Origin: Hydrogenothermaceae bacterium
Lineage (GTDB): Bacteria; Aquificota; Aquificia; Aquificales; Hydrogenothermaceae
Length of the DNA: 64,000 nucleotides
Direction of reading: 5' to 3'
Assembly (NCBI GenBank): GCA_026418535.1
Contig: JAOABC010000005.1
Location: 74,620 to 138,619, forward strand
The notes beneath the pieces are model-generated. The model searched no databases. It worked only from the letters and a program-made list of their open reading frames with translations, and had not been told where the DNA came from. Below, one piece after another: positions 32,180 through 42,433 of this stretch (position 1 is its first letter; each line of letters begins with the position of its first letter). Position numbers and translations under genes: made by a program.

Positions 32180-32695
32180 CTATTTTTTCTCCTGTTTTGG
32201 AATTAGGGTGAACATCATGTTCTTACCTTCCTTCACAGGGTTCTTCTCTACACTTGAAATATCAGACAGGTCTTGGATTATCCTCTGAGCAAGCTTATCC
32301 CCAAGCTCCGGATGGACGTTTTCTCTTCCCCTGAACCATATCCAAACTCTTACCTTATCTCCTTCTTGAAGAAACTCTCTTATGTGTTTTATCTTGGTCT
32401 CATAGTCGTGCTTCTCTATATTCAGCTTAAACTTCATCTCCTTCACTTCTTGAACGTGCTGTTTTTTCTTAGCCTCCTTTTCTTTCTTCTTCTGTTCAAA
32501 CTTATACTTTCCATAGTCCATTATCTTACAGACAGGGGGATTAGCGTTTGGAGATATCTCTACCAGGTCTAAATTTTTCTGCTGGGCTAACCTGAGAGCT
32601 TCCTCGAGAGAAACTATACCTAGATTTTGTCCTTCATCTGTAATCAACCTTACTTCCCTTGCTTTGATATGATTGTTGATCCTTAGTTCCTGAAT
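32180..32695 (-). CDS. infC: Translation initiation factor IF-3, initiating at ATT
   Basis: The ORF track starts at TTG 32647, but the frame stays open 16 codons further and encodes IQELRINNHIKAREVRL, the conserved IF-3 N-terminus. ATT at 32695-32693 lies 8 nt after GGAGG (32708-32704). No in-frame ATG/GTG is available before the nadB stop. Confidence 0.85.
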   Translation of the reverse strand: MQELRINNHIKAREVRLITDEGQNLGIVSLEEALRLAQQKNLDLVEISPNANPPVCKIMDYGKYKFEQKKKEKEAKKKQHVQEVKEMKFKLNIEKHDYETKIKHIREFLQEGDKVRVWIWFRGRENVHPELGDKLAQRIIQDLSDISSVEKNPVKEGKNMMFTLIPKQEKK

Positions 32696-32698
32696 GGC

Positions 32699-34282
32699 TT
32701 ATACCTCCATAAAGTTTATTTTAAAATCTCGGTTTAAAACTGAGTGTTTTCTAAAAGAGTCTCTTTCTTCCGGAAAATCTTCTCTGTAGTGAACTCCCCT
32801 ACTCTCTTCCCTCAACAAGGCAGATAAGGCTACCCCTTTACAAAGGATAGAGATGTCCTTTATATGTCTAACATTACAAAAACTGTCCAAGAACTCTGAT
32901 ATCTCCTCTAACTGTTTTATAGCCTTTTTAAGAGAGGCTTCTGTTCTAACAAGTCCTACGTTTTCCCACATAATGGTCTTTATCTTCTTAAGAAGAGCTT
33001 CTCTGCTCTCTTTTTCAAGTTCTTCTTTCGTTTCAGTCTGATTATAAACATTTACACTACTTATTTTAGCATACATATTATAAACATACACAGAGTAAGC
33101 TACCTTGTATCCACTGACCACACATTCTAAAAGTGAATTACTTGCAAGTCTATTTGCTCCGTGGACTCCGGTAGCGGAGCTCTCACCTATGGCGAATAGA
33201 CCATTTATATCTGTTCTCCCGTTTATATCCGCCTTTATTCCCCCTATACTGTAGTGAGCTGAAGGGCTCACTGGTATCTTCCGGAGGTCCTCGATACCAA
33301 ACTCTTTCAGCATAGAGTATATGTTAGGAAACCTATCCCTAAAATCTAACCCTCTGTCTAAAAGAGGTGATATATCTAAAAATACTCTTTTTCCTTCTCT
33401 ATACTTCTCTAGGATTGCCCTTGCCACTTCATCTCTTGGCTTTAGCTCGTCTACAAACCTATCTCCATTTTCATCAATCAATAAGGCCCCTTCCCCTCTA
33501 ACTGCTTCGGATATCAGCCATCCTGGTCTATCTGGTATATGTATAGCAGTAGGGTGGAACTGTATAAACTCTAGGTCCATAAGACTACATCCTGCTCTGT
33601 AGGCAGCTCCAATAACATCTCCTCCGATGTTATAAGCGGAAGTATTTCGGGCGTATACTCCACTGTATCCTCCGGTAGCTATGACAAGGGACTTAGAGTT
33701 TACAATTAACTGCTTCTCTCCATCTGTTATCAAGATTGAGGAGTAGTCTCCGTTATCGTCTGTAATTATCTCCTGAAGGTAATAACCTTCCATAAGTTTT
33801 ATATCTCTACTTCTTAGTTCTTCAAAGATTCTCTTACCTATCTGAAACCCTGTCTTATCCTTTGAGTGAAGGACCCTGTTTATCCTATGAGCTCCCTCTC
33901 TTGTAAGTTTTATCCTACCAGAAGTATCCCTATCAAACTCCACTCCCATATTTATCAGGTCTACAACCTTCTCTAGTCCCTCTTCTACAAGTATCCTTAC
34001 GTTCTTCTCAACACACAGCCCTTTACCAGCCAAAAGTGTGTCTTCCAAGTGGTATTCTGTAGAGTCTTCCTGACCTATGGCAGCTGCAATACCACCTTGG
34101 GCTAATAAAGAGTTTGACCTGTCAGCTTTCTTTTTTGTAATCAGGAGTATTTTAACTCCAAGGTTTGAAAGATAGTAAGCTGCAGATATACCAGCCAATC
34201 CAGAACCAACTATAACAGTCTCAACCTCTACATTCTCTAAATACCGACTGTCAAAACAGGTTATGTATCTTCTATACCACAT
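32699..34282 (-). CDS. nadB: L-aspartate oxidase
   Basis: 527 aa. FAD fold VIVGSGLAGISAA. Fumarate-reductase-family motifs (HPTA, RGEGA, HGANRLASNSL). Confidence 0.92.
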   Translation of the reverse strand: MWYRRYITCFDSRYLENVEVETVIVGSGLAGISAAYYLSNLGVKILLITKKKADRSNSLLAQGGIAAAIGQEDSTEYHLEDTLLAGKGLCVEKNVRILVEEGLEKVVDLINMGVEFDRDTSGRIKLTREGAHRINRVLHSKDKTGFQIGKRIFEELRSRDIKLMEGYYLQEIITDDNGDYSSILITDGEKQLIVNSKSLVIATGGYSGVYARNTSAYNIGGDVIGAAYRAGCSLMDLEFIQFHPTAIHIPDRPGWLISEAVRGEGALLIDENGDRFVDELKPRDEVARAILEKYREGKRVFLDISPLLDRGLDFRDRFPNIYSMLKEFGIEDLRKIPVSPSAHYSIGGIKADINGRTDINGLFAIGESSATGVHGANRLASNSLLECVVSGYKVAYSVYVYNMYAKISSVNVYNQTETKEELEKESREALLKKIKTIMWENVGLVRTEASLKKAIKQLEEISEFLDSFCNVRHIKDISILCKGVALSALLREESRGVHYREDFPEERDSFRKHSVLNRDFKINFMEV

Positions 34283-35267
34283 TCAACTGTTTTATATTCT
34301 GCAAGATCTCAAGTATAACTTGGTTTAACCTGTCTGGGTCGTGTCTTGCATAGTTTCCTTCGTTTAAGAGGTCTCTAGCGTACACCTTCAAACCCATCCT
34401 TGATAGATTACCTGCATCGGCAACAACTGGCTCAGAGTTCTCGGCTAAATATCTCTTCAAAACCTGATCTGGAGGTATCTGGGTATTCAGTATAACATAG
34501 TCCATTATGTTACTGTCTTTCTCACCTGTTATCACTCTGTTCATAACTCTAACGTGGTCTGAAGCTGTAAACCCATCTGTCTCACCATACTGTGTCATAA
34601 CGTTGCATATGTATACCTTAACAGCCTTAGATTTTAAAATTGCCTCTTTTATATCTTTGATGAGGAAGTTTGGCACTATACTAGTAAACAGACTTCCTGG
34701 ACCGATGATGATAACATCAGCACTGAGTATCCTATCTATGGCTTTTTCGGGAGCTCTTACATCAGACGGTTCAAGCCATATATCTTCTATCTTTGCTATC
34801 AACTTTTTACCGTATTCAGTTATCTCCACTTCACCACTTATAACTTCCTCGTTAGTAAACCTGGCCACCAAGTTCACCATCTGGTCTGTAGAGGGTATTA
34901 TCTCACCTTTTATGTTCAGGATCTTGGATGTTATCTCTACAGCGTCGAGGAAGTCTCCTGTTACCTTTGTGAGGACCGTCAAGAATAGATTTCCAAAACT
35001 GTGACCTTTCAAACCCTCTCCCTCTTCGAATCTGTACTGCATAACTTTCGTGAGGATATCTTCATCCTCTGCTAGAGTAGTTATACAGTTCCTTACATCT
35101 CCAGGAGCTGGTATGTTTAACTGTCTCCGGAGGATCCCCGTACTACCACCATTGTCTGAAACGGTCACTATAGCAGACAGTTTATCTATGTATTCCGGAA
35201 CAAACTTTTTTATACCCCTGAGTAAAGATGACAGTCCAGTCCCTCCACCTATTGTAACCACATTCAT
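34272..35267 (-). CDS. yvcK: YvcK/CofD-family gluconeogenesis factor (UPF0052)
   Basis: MNVVTIGGGTGLSSLLRGIK, VSDNGGSTG, GPGSLFTSI. Confidence 0.88.
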   Translation of the reverse strand: MNVVTIGGGTGLSSLLRGIKKFVPEYIDKLSAIVTVSDNGGSTGILRRQLNIPAPGDVRNCITTLAEDEDILTKVMQYRFEEGEGLKGHSFGNLFLTVLTKVTGDFLDAVEITSKILNIKGEIIPSTDQMVNLVARFTNEEVISGEVEITEYGKKLIAKIEDIWLEPSDVRAPEKAIDRILSADVIIIGPGSLFTSIVPNFLIKDIKEAILKSKAVKVYICNVMTQYGETDGFTASDHVRVMNRVITGEKDSNIMDYVILNTQIPPDQVLKRYLAENSEPVVADAGNLSRMGLKVYARDLLNEGNYARHDPDRLNQVILEILQNIKQLNVV

Positions 35268-35279
35268 CGGATAACCTCC

Positions 35280-36302
35280 TTACTTCTTTCCAAAGAACCT
35301 CTCTATCTTTCCCCTATCTGGATTATCTATTATACCTTTTTCGGTTATAATTGCGGTTATTAACTCTGCAGGAGTTACATCGAAAGAGTAGTTTAAAGCT
35401 CCAGACTCCTCAGGGGCTATGTCACAGCCTACACATCTTTTGACCTCTTCTAAACTTCTCTCTTCTATAGGTATATCACTACCAAACTCTATGGAGAGGT
35501 CAAAAGTGGATGTAGGTACTGCTACATAGAAAGGAATTCCATGGTACTTAGCTAAAACAGCCAACCCATACGTGCCTATTTTATTAGCCGCGTCTCCTCT
35601 TCTGGTTATCCTATCAGCTCCTACGATAACAAGGTCTACCATACCCTTAGACATAAGAAAGCCTGCTGAAGAGTCTGTCACTATGTAGTGCTCTATCCCT
35701 TCCTGGAGTAACTCCCAAGCTGTTAATCTCGATCCCTGCAAGTAAGGCCTTGTCTCATCTACGTAGACCACTATGTCCTTTCCATTCTCATAGGCAGACC
35801 TTATAACTCCAAGGGCTGTTCCCCATCCTGCTGTAGCAAGGGAACCAGTATTACAGTGAGTTAAAATCTTCGCATTTTTAGGAACCAAAACTTCACCATA
35901 CCCACCTATACTTCTGTTTCCATGGTAGTCTTCCAACTCTATCCTTTTTGCCTCTTTTAGAAGTAGTTGTAAGATGTTATCATCCTCTCTGTAGGAATAG
36001 TAGAACCTCTCCATCCTGTCAACCGCCCACATAAGGTTAACTGCAGTTGGCCTTGTTCTCTTAAGTCTGTAAGAGATCTCTGAAGGCTCTATACCCTCTT
36101 TTATTCCAGTATAAAAACCATAGGCCCCTACTATACCAATAAGTGGAGCTCCTCTTACGACCATATCTTTAATAACTAACTCATAGTCTTCCAAATTTTC
36201 AAGTTTAACCCAGACCTGCTCTTTGGGAAGTTTAAGCTGGTCTATAACATACAAAAAACCATCTCTAAGCTCTAATGGTCTTATATCCTTTATCTTTCTC
36301 AA
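35280..36302 (-). CDS. mtnA: Methylthioribose-1-phosphate isomerase (eIF-2B-like family)
   Basis: 340 aa. [27 protein letters not shown]. Confidence 0.85.
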   Translation of the reverse strand: MRKIKDIRPLELRDGFLYVIDQLKLPKEQVWVKLENLEDYELVIKDMVVRGAPLIGIVGAYGFYTGIKEGIEPSEISYRLKRTRPTAVNLMWAVDRMERFYYSYREDDNILQLLLKEAKRIELEDYHGNRSIGGYGEVLVPKNAKILTHCNTGSLATAGWGTALGVIRSAYENGKDIVVYVDETRPYLQGSRLTAWELLQEGIEHYIVTDSSAGFLMSKGMVDLVIVGADRITRRGDAANKIGTYGLAVLAKYHGIPFYVAVPTSTFDLSIEFGSDIPIEERSLEEVKRCVGCDIAPEESGALNYSFDVTPAELITAIITEKGIIDNPDRGKIERFFGKK

Positions 36303-37591
36303 ACTACCTCTCCAACAAGGTCGTAGTTATCAACAACATCTCCTATCTTTACTCTTATGATACTTCCAGGCTTCACTGGTTCTGTGGATTCTATGTATAT
36401 GATACCATCTATATCATAAGCATTCCTATAACTCCTACCAATCGGCAGAGTTTCCCACTCTTCTGAAAAACCATCTACTAAAATATCAAAAACCTTACCT
36501 ACTGTGACTCTGTTCTTCTCTTCAGTTATCCCTTCTTGAATAGATAAAACCTGATTGAACCTCTCTAATTTCTCCTGATGCGAAATTCTGTCTTCCCACC
36601 TCTCATAAGCTGGTGTACCTTCTTCATGGGAGTAGGTAAAAACACCTAACCAGTCGAACTTTGCCTCCTCCAAGAATTTCAACATACTGTAGAACTCTTT
36701 CTCTGTTTCTAGAGGATAACCAACTATAACAGAACTCCTTATGGCCATATCTGGAGTATATTTATCCTTCCAATCTAAAATTTGGTACAGCTTCCTCTTT
36801 CTATAACCTCTCATCATATCTCTGAGTAGATTATCCTCACTGTGTTGAATAGGCATCTCTATATACCTGAGTATCTTCTCACTATCAGAGATGAATTTGA
36901 AGAAGTCCTCATCAACCGTTGAAGGATAGAGGTAGTAAAGCCTTATCCAATCTATTCCATCAACTTCTTCAATTTTTTTTAGAAGCTCAAATAGCATGGG
37001 CTTACCGTAAAGGTCATAACCGTAATAACTTGTATCTTGGGAGACTATATTTAACTCTCTCACACCTATATCAGCAAGCATTTTAGCTTCTTCTACAATA
37101 GACTCTATAGGTCTACTCTTATGCTTTCCCCTTATGTTTGGGATAGCGCAGAATGAACACGTATGGTCACATCCTTCCGATATCTTTAGATAAGCAAGAT
37201 GTTTTGGTGTAGAAACTATCCTCTCAGGTTTAGTTTTCCTTGAGAGCCCAACCTTAAGAGGTATATCTTTCTGAGTCTTTAAGTCAACAAACAGATCTAC
37301 TTCCGGAATCTCCTTTTCCAGCTCCTGCTTATACCTTTCTACAAGACATCCGGTTACTACAACTTTCTTATTTCCATATCTCTTATACTGGCAAGCTCCC
37401 AGTATAGCGTTTATAGATTCTTCTTTTGCTGCATCTATGAACCCACAGGTGTTTATCAATATAACATCAGCACTCTCTGAGTCAGATATAAATTCAACCT
37501 CTTCAACCTTAAAACTACCCATTAAAGCTTCTGTGTCAACCAGGTTCTTTGGACATCCAAGGCTTATTACACTTACCTTTAACTTCTTCAA
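36299..37591 (-). CDS. rimO: Ribosomal protein S12 methylthiotransferase
   Basis: UPF0004 N-domain ([12 protein letters not shown]). Radical-SAM motif CDHTCSFC. C-terminal TRAM domain. Confidence 0.9.
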   Translation of the reverse strand: MKKLKVSVISLGCPKNLVDTEALMGSFKVEEVEFISDSESADVILINTCGFIDAAKEESINAILGACQYKRYGNKKVVVTGCLVERYKQELEKEIPEVDLFVDLKTQKDIPLKVGLSRKTKPERIVSTPKHLAYLKISEGCDHTCSFCAIPNIRGKHKSRPIESIVEEAKMLADIGVRELNIVSQDTSYYGYDLYGKPMLFELLKKIEEVDGIDWIRLYYLYPSTVDEDFFKFISDSEKILRYIEMPIQHSEDNLLRDMMRGYRKRKLYQILDWKDKYTPDMAIRSSVIVGYPLETEKEFYSMLKFLEEAKFDWLGVFTYSHEEGTPAYERWEDRISHQEKLERFNQVLSIQEGITEEKNRVTVGKVFDILVDGFSEEWETLPIGRSYRNAYDIDGIIYIESTEPVKPGSIIRVKIGDVVDNYDLVGEVV

Positions 37592-37662
37592 ACACTACCC
37601 CTTGAATTTTTAATACAATAAGATATCATACATAGTGGACTTTTCAAGGAGAAAAACTTTTC

Positions 37663-37896
37663 ATGGTAGACCCTACAGCATTTCAACAAATAGAAAAGAG
37701 TGACACAGAGCTTTTACTGAAGATACTCATTCCCCCGTGGATAGTTCTCTCTGTAACTGTTACTGTTTGGAGCTACAGGTCAACAAGAGCAAATGTATTT
37801 TGGAAGAATCCTTACAAGAGTATCTTTCCACCGATAGGAAACTCTTCAAAGGAAGAAAAGAAAAAAGCTGTTAAAAAAAAAAACAGAAACGATTGA
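37663..37896 (+). CDS. Hypothetical 77-aa protein with one TM helix and a Lys-rich tail
   Basis: Only an ORF with a distant GGAG (11-nt spacing) and a hydrophobic segment ILIPPWIVLSVTVTVW. Contains an A11 homopolymer (37873-37883). No family recognised. Confidence 0.3.
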   Translation: MVDPTAFQQIEKSDTELLLKILIPPWIVLSVTVTVWSYRSTRANVFWKNPYKSIFPPIGNSSKEEKKKAVKKKNRND

Positions 37897-38198
37897 TACA
37901 TAACGACAATTCAGTATATCCAAAAATACCAAAAATATTAACTCCACTATAATCATAACATTCCATAAACAAAATCTACCTAATACATAATGTTTAGCTT
38001 TATTTCTGTACTAGGAGTATGATTTAGTCACTGTAAACAGGTGGTCTACCTCTCTTTTTGGTGGGTTTATTATGTTGGGATCTGTACTAATTGAACTTCT
38101 TCCTTTCTGTCCTTGTTTCTTGGATTTTTAAACAGTCTCTTACCTGCTCTTGAGAACCTAAAGACAAAGTGATATATTGAATAGAAACTAATAAAGGG

Positions 38199-39329
38199 GT
38201 GTACCGTCAGAGGATGATAGTAGATACTCTAAACGAAAAGCTACAACAGATAGAAGAAAAATTCTGGCTTGTGTACGATGCTGTTAAACCACAGAAGCTA
38301 GAAGAGGAGTTAAGGGTATTAGATGAAGAGATGGGAAAACCAGATTTCTGGAACGACCCTAAGAGAGCTGGGGAGATATCTGCAAAAAGAAATATGTTAG
38401 ATCAAAAACTCAGTGAAATTCTTCAGACTCAGAAGATGCTGAAGGATGTTAAAGAGTACATAGACCTGTTGAGGATGGAAGAAGACCCTGAAATTTACAT
38501 AGAGGTTGAAAAAGATATAGATAAGTTAGATAAGCTTTTAAGTAAACTACAACTTGATAGTCTTCTTTCTGAAGAGATGGACCCTAAGAATGCTATTCTC
38601 ACAGTGCAAGCAGGTTCTGGAGGGGTAGAGGCTTGTGATTGGGCTCAGATGCTTTTAAGGATGTACCTAAGATGGGCAGAGAGTAGGGGGTTCCAGACAG
38701 AGATCATAGATTACCAGCCTGATGATGTAGCCGGGATAAAGAGTGCTACAATGATTGTAAAGGGTCCATATGCTTATGGATACTTAAAGGGAGAGCAGGG
38801 GGTCCACAGGCTTGTTAGGATATCTCCTTTTGACGCAAACAAAAGGAGACATACCTCCTTTGCTGCTGTCTCTGTTATTCCAGAATTGGACGAGGATATA
38901 AATGTAGAGATAAAGGAGGAAGATCTCCGGATAGATACATACAGGGCAGGTGGAGCTGGTGGACAACATGTAAACAAAACAGATTCCGCTGTCAGGATAA
39001 CACATATACCAACAGGTATAGTAGTGGCTTGTCAGAGTGAGAGATCTCAACTTCAAAATAAAATGAAAGCTATGAACATGCTAAAGTCTAAACTGTACCA
39101 GCTTGAGCTGGAGAAAAAGAAAGAGAAGCAGAAAGAGTTAGAAGGAGAGAAAAAGGATATTAGCTGGGGTAGTCAGATAAGATCCTATGTTTTCCAGCCT
39201 TACCAGTTGGTGAAAGACCTTAGAACAGGTTTTGAAACTGGAAACATACAGGCGGTTATGGATGGTGGAATTGATGATTTTATAGAGAGCTTTCTAAAAT
39301 TTAGAGCAACAGGAGAGAAAGTTGATTAA
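38199..39329 (+). CDS. prfB: Peptide chain release factor 2, encoded in one continuous frame
   Basis: SPF tripeptide context (RISPFD) and GGQ ([11 protein letters not shown]). The N-terminal helix region lies in the same frame. Exact start uncertain (GTG 38199 or ATG 38214). Confidence 0.92.
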   Translation: MYRQRMIVDTLNEKLQQIEEKFWLVYDAVKPQKLEEELRVLDEEMGKPDFWNDPKRAGEISAKRNMLDQKLSEILQTQKMLKDVKEYIDLLRMEEDPEIYIEVEKDIDKLDKLLSKLQLDSLLSEEMDPKNAILTVQAGSGGVEACDWAQMLLRMYLRWAESRGFQTEIIDYQPDDVAGIKSATMIVKGPYAYGYLKGEQGVHRLVRISPFDANKRRHTSFAAVSVIPELDEDINVEIKEEDLRIDTYRAGGAGGQHVNKTDSAVRITHIPTGIVVACQSERSQLQNKMKAMNMLKSKLYQLELEKKKEKQKELEGEKKDISWGSQIRSYVFQPYQLVKDLRTGFETGNIQAVMDGGIDDFIESFLKFRATGEKVD

Positions 39330-39987
39330 GGGTGAGAAAATAATAGTCCTTCTGTCTGGAGGTATAGATAGTACTACTCTACTATGGCTGTCGAAGAAGA
39401 TGTTTAGTGAAGTTTACACTATCTCGTTTAACTACGGACAGAGACATCTGGTTGAACTTGAGTATGCTCTAACATTAGGAAAGATGGCAGGTATCAAAGA
39501 ACACTTTGTAGTGAATATACCTCATCTAAAAGGACTGAAAGGGAATGCCCTAACTGATACAGATGTAACTGTTCCTTTAGAAGACTATCCAGACCAACCA
39601 CCTATAACCACCGTTCCTATGAGGAACCTTATATTCCTTTCTATTGCAGCATCTTACGCGGATATTTACGAGATTGAAAACATAGGTATAGGTATACACT
39701 CATTAGACTCTCCATATCCAGATTGTAGAGCTGAGTTTGCTTCTTCTGTAGAAGCCGCTATAAATGCTTCTTCTATTATGGTTGCAAAAAAAAAGAACAG
39801 GATTAAGGTCTTTACACCCTTTCTAGGAATGACGAAAAAAGATATAGTTAAACTAGGAAGTAGTTTGGGGGTTCCATTTGACAAGACATACTCCTGCTAT
39901 AAGGGAACCAATCCTCCCTGTGGAGAGTGTGCTACCTGCCGTCAGAGGGATGATGCTTTAAGATCCATACACCAGGAGGATAAATGA
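39322..39987 (+). CDS. queC: 7-cyano-7-deazaguanine synthase
   Basis: PP-loop [11 protein letters not shown]-terminal zinc site [19 protein letters not shown]. Confidence 0.9.
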   Translation: MIKGEKIIVLLSGGIDSTTLLWLSKKMFSEVYTISFNYGQRHLVELEYALTLGKMAGIKEHFVVNIPHLKGLKGNALTDTDVTVPLEDYPDQPPITTVPMRNLIFLSIAASYADIYEIENIGIGIHSLDSPYPDCRAEFASSVEAAINASSIMVAKKKNRIKVFTPFLGMTKKDIVKLGSSLGVPFDKTYSCYKGTNPPCGECATCRQRDDALRSIHQEDK

Positions 39988-42011
39988 AGAAGCTAGTTAT
40001 AGTAGAGTCTCCAAAGAAAGCTAAAGAGATAGCTCACTTTTTAGGGAGAGACTTCCTAGTAAAGGCTACTGTAGGTCACTTTAAAGATTTACCAGAAGAT
40101 AAGATGGGTGTAGATCTAAAGACTTTTGAACCAGAATTTGTTATTAAATCTCCAAAGCATAAACAGATACTTGCAGAGATAAAGAAACTTGCAGAGAATG
40201 CAGAGGTATATATAGCTACAGACCCTGACAGGGAAGGCTACGCTATAGGATATTTTATGTACGAAGAACTGAAAAAAAAGGCAAAATCTATAAAGAGATC
40301 AGAGTTCCACGAGATTACTAAAAACCACGTTCTCCAGAAGATAAGAGAAGCTCCAGAATTTGAAAGAACAAACTTCGGCTTATTTAATGCTTTCCTTGGT
40401 AGAAGGGTAGGGGACAGAATAGTGGGTTATATACTCTCTCCTATAGCGTCTAAGGAGATAGGTGGTAGATTTAGCGTAGGTAGGGTCCAATCTCCTGCTG
40501 TCCATCTGATAGTGGAAAGGGAGATGGAGATCAAGAACTTTACCTCAACTCCATACTACATCCTAACGGCTTATGTGGAAAAAGACGGGACTTTGTACAC
40601 CGCTTTGTATGAGAAGCGGAAGATAGAGAATTTAGAAGAGGTTCAGAGTGTATACTCTCAGATATCTCTGGAGAAGGAATCAACAGTTAAGGATATAAGC
40701 AAAAGAAAGATAAAGAGGTCTCCAAAACCACCATTTACCACTTCTACACTACAACAGACGGCAAACTTTGTTCTGAAGTTTGCTCCAGAAAAGACTATGA
40801 TCTTAGCTCAGGACCTGTTCGAGAGTGGTATGATAACATACCACAGAACAGACAGTACAAGACTATCAGAGCAAGCTGTTGTAAGTATAAGAGAATTAAT
40901 AGAGAAGGAGTTTTCTAAGGAATATTTACCAAGATCTCCAAGGGTCTATAAGTCAAAGAACACACAGGCAGATGCTCATGAGGCCATAAGGATAACTAAC
41001 TTCGTAAACTTAGCACAATATGTAAAGTTGGCAAAAGAAAAGGGACTCTCTGAAGACCATATTAACATCTTAAAGCTAGTATACTACCGGACTTTGGCAA
41101 GTCAGATGGAGGATGCTATTTTTGAGAGGACCAACATAACTTTAGATATAAAAGGATACAACTTCATTGTCTCTGGAAGTGTTGTAGTATTTAAAGGATA
41201 CAAAGTTATATACGAGATAGAGGAGGAAGAGGAGCATTTAGATCAACTACCGATCTTAAAGAAAGGAGAAAGACTTAGAATAGAGAGTATAAGTTTAGAG
41301 GAGAAGTTTACAAAGCCACCTTCAAGGTATACAGAGGGTAGCTTAATTAAAAAACTGGAAGAGTTAGGAATAGGAAGACCTTCCACTTACGCTACTATAA
41401 TAAAGACTATAAAAGAAAGAGGATACGTAGTTAAAGAAGGAAGCTCTTTAAAGCCAACTGAGAATGCATTCCATCTTGTAGATTATCTAAACAGGAAGTA
41501 CCACTGGGTTATAGATTATGGGTTTACAAAAAGGATGGAGGAATTCTTAGACAAGGTTGAGGATAACAAGGAGGACTGGAAGAGCTTTGTAAAAAAACTA
41601 TACGAAAAGTCTACATCTGGAGAAAAGTCTGTAGTCTCTAAGAAGATGCTTGATTATGCCCTTGATCTTGCAAAGAAGCATGGAAAAAACATAGATAAGA
41701 TATTAGATGACCCAGAAAAACTAAAAGAGTTCATAGATAAGCATGCAGAAAAATCTCCTTCAGAAAAACAGGTAGAGTACGCAAAAACTTTAGCTGAAAA
41801 AACGGGACTAAAACTTACCGATAGAGAGCTGTCTGATAGAACTCTTCTCAAGAAGTTTATAGATAAGGCCAGAAGAGAAGCTTTATATAGCTATCAGTTG
41901 TCAGAAAAACAGAAAAATGTTTTAATAAAATATGGAAGAGAGGATCTGTTAGAAAAGCCTGCGGAAGCTCTTAAATTTATAAGAGCTAAGCTTTCAAAGA
42001 AGAAAAAATAA
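39984..42011 (+). CDS. topA: Type IA DNA topoisomerase (TopA-like), cysteine-free, with a repeat-type C-terminus
   Basis: Toprim (IVESPKKAKEI, DPDREGYAIG). Catalytic Tyr context GMITYHRTDSTRLS. QSPA and GIGRPSTYA motifs. No Cys anywhere in 675 aa. Three roughly 38-aa repeats at the C-terminus. Confidence 0.88.
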   Translation: MKKLVIVESPKKAKEIAHFLGRDFLVKATVGHFKDLPEDKMGVDLKTFEPEFVIKSPKHKQILAEIKKLAENAEVYIATDPDREGYAIGYFMYEELKKKAKSIKRSEFHEITKNHVLQKIREAPEFERTNFGLFNAFLGRRVGDRIVGYILSPIASKEIGGRFSVGRVQSPAVHLIVEREMEIKNFTSTPYYILTAYVEKDGTLYTALYEKRKIENLEEVQSVYSQISLEKESTVKDISKRKIKRSPKPPFTTSTLQQTANFVLKFAPEKTMILAQDLFESGMITYHRTDSTRLSEQAVVSIRELIEKEFSKEYLPRSPRVYKSKNTQADAHEAIRITNFVNLAQYVKLAKEKGLSEDHINILKLVYYRTLASQMEDAIFERTNITLDIKGYNFIVSGSVVVFKGYKVIYEIEEEEEHLDQLPILKKGERLRIESISLEEKFTKPPSRYTEGSLIKKLEELGIGRPSTYATIIKTIKERGYVVKEGSSLKPTENAFHLVDYLNRKYHWVIDYGFTKRMEEFLDKVEDNKEDWKSFVKKLYEKSTSGEKSVVSKKMLDYALDLAKKHGKNIDKILDDPEKLKEFIDKHAEKSPSEKQVEYAKTLAEKTGLKLTDRELSDRTLLKKFIDKARREALYSYQLSEKQKNVLIKYGREDLLEKPAEALKFIRAKLSKKKK

Positions 42012-42015
42012 AAAG

Positions 42016-42035
42016 GGCTGGGATTGCTCCCAGCC
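42016..42035 (+). terminator. GC-rich hairpin just after topA (possible terminator, no T-tract on the plus strand)
   Basis: GGCTGGGA-TTGC-TCCCAGCC, 8-bp perfect stem. The U-tract exists only on the opposite strand (complement of the Lys-codon run). Confidence 0.35.
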
Positions 42036-42041
42036 AGATAT

Positions 42042-42059
42042 GGAGGGGGAGGGAGGGGG
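42042..42059 (+). other. G-rich purine tract GGAGGGGGAGGGAGGGGG
   Basis: Read directly. 15 of 18 bases are G, in an otherwise AT-rich spacer. Confidence 0.9.
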
Positions 42060-42132
42060 ATACAAATCAAGTTAGATATAATATATTCATATGCGAATAA
42101 ATTTAAAATGATTTTTATCATAAGGAGTGAAG

Positions 42133-42414
42133 ATGGAAGAGAAGATTGTGTTTAGTATCGCAAATCTTGCAAGATTGAAACTGTCAGAGGAAGAGGTAGA
42201 GACTTTCCCAAAACAGTTTATGGATATAGTTAGCTTCATAGAGAATTTAGGGGAGGTGAATACTGATAACGTTCCTCCTTTCTATGAGCTCATCGTTGAA
42301 GAAACCTCTTATAGGGAGGATACACCTATTAGTTTACTAAAAAATGAGGAAGCTCTCTTAAATGCTCCAAAGGGAGAAGGCGGTTTTTTTGTAGTCCCAA
42401 GAGTAGTTGGTTGA
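42133..42414 (+). CDS. gatC: Asp/Glu-tRNA amidotransferase subunit C
   Basis: [17 protein letters not shown]...NVPP. ATG at 42133 lies 6 nt after AAGGAG and is preferred over the GTG at 42127. Confidence 0.88.
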   Translation: MEEKIVFSIANLARLKLSEEEVETFPKQFMDIVSFIENLGEVNTDNVPPFYELIVEETSYREDTPISLLKNEEALLNAPKGEGGFFVVPRVVG

Positions 42415-42433
42415 TTATGGAGGTTTTAAACTT

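Noticed and set aside
34507-35004. 165-aa plus-strand ORF.
   Set aside because: Antisense to yvcK, Ser/Thr/Leu-rich with no recognisable domain. This is typical of a mirror-frame artefact.
38199-38320. Looked for the programmed +1 frameshift site (CTT TGA C with an upstream SD) that many prfB genes carry.
   Set aside because: The N-terminal helix ([12 protein letters not shown]) and the rest of RF2 are in one continuous frame with no in-frame TGA. This prfB appears to lack frameshift autoregulation.
42016-42035. Reading the hairpin as a minus-strand intrinsic terminator, since the T-tract follows it on that strand.
   Set aside because: No minus-strand gene ends here. The T-tract is simply the complement of the topA Lys-codon tail, so the orientation signal is probably coincidental.
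41894-42121. 75-aa minus-strand ORF containing PLPPPPY.
   Set aside because: The proline run is just the complement of the G-rich tract. The ORF spans the topA 3' end and the spacer, with no SD.
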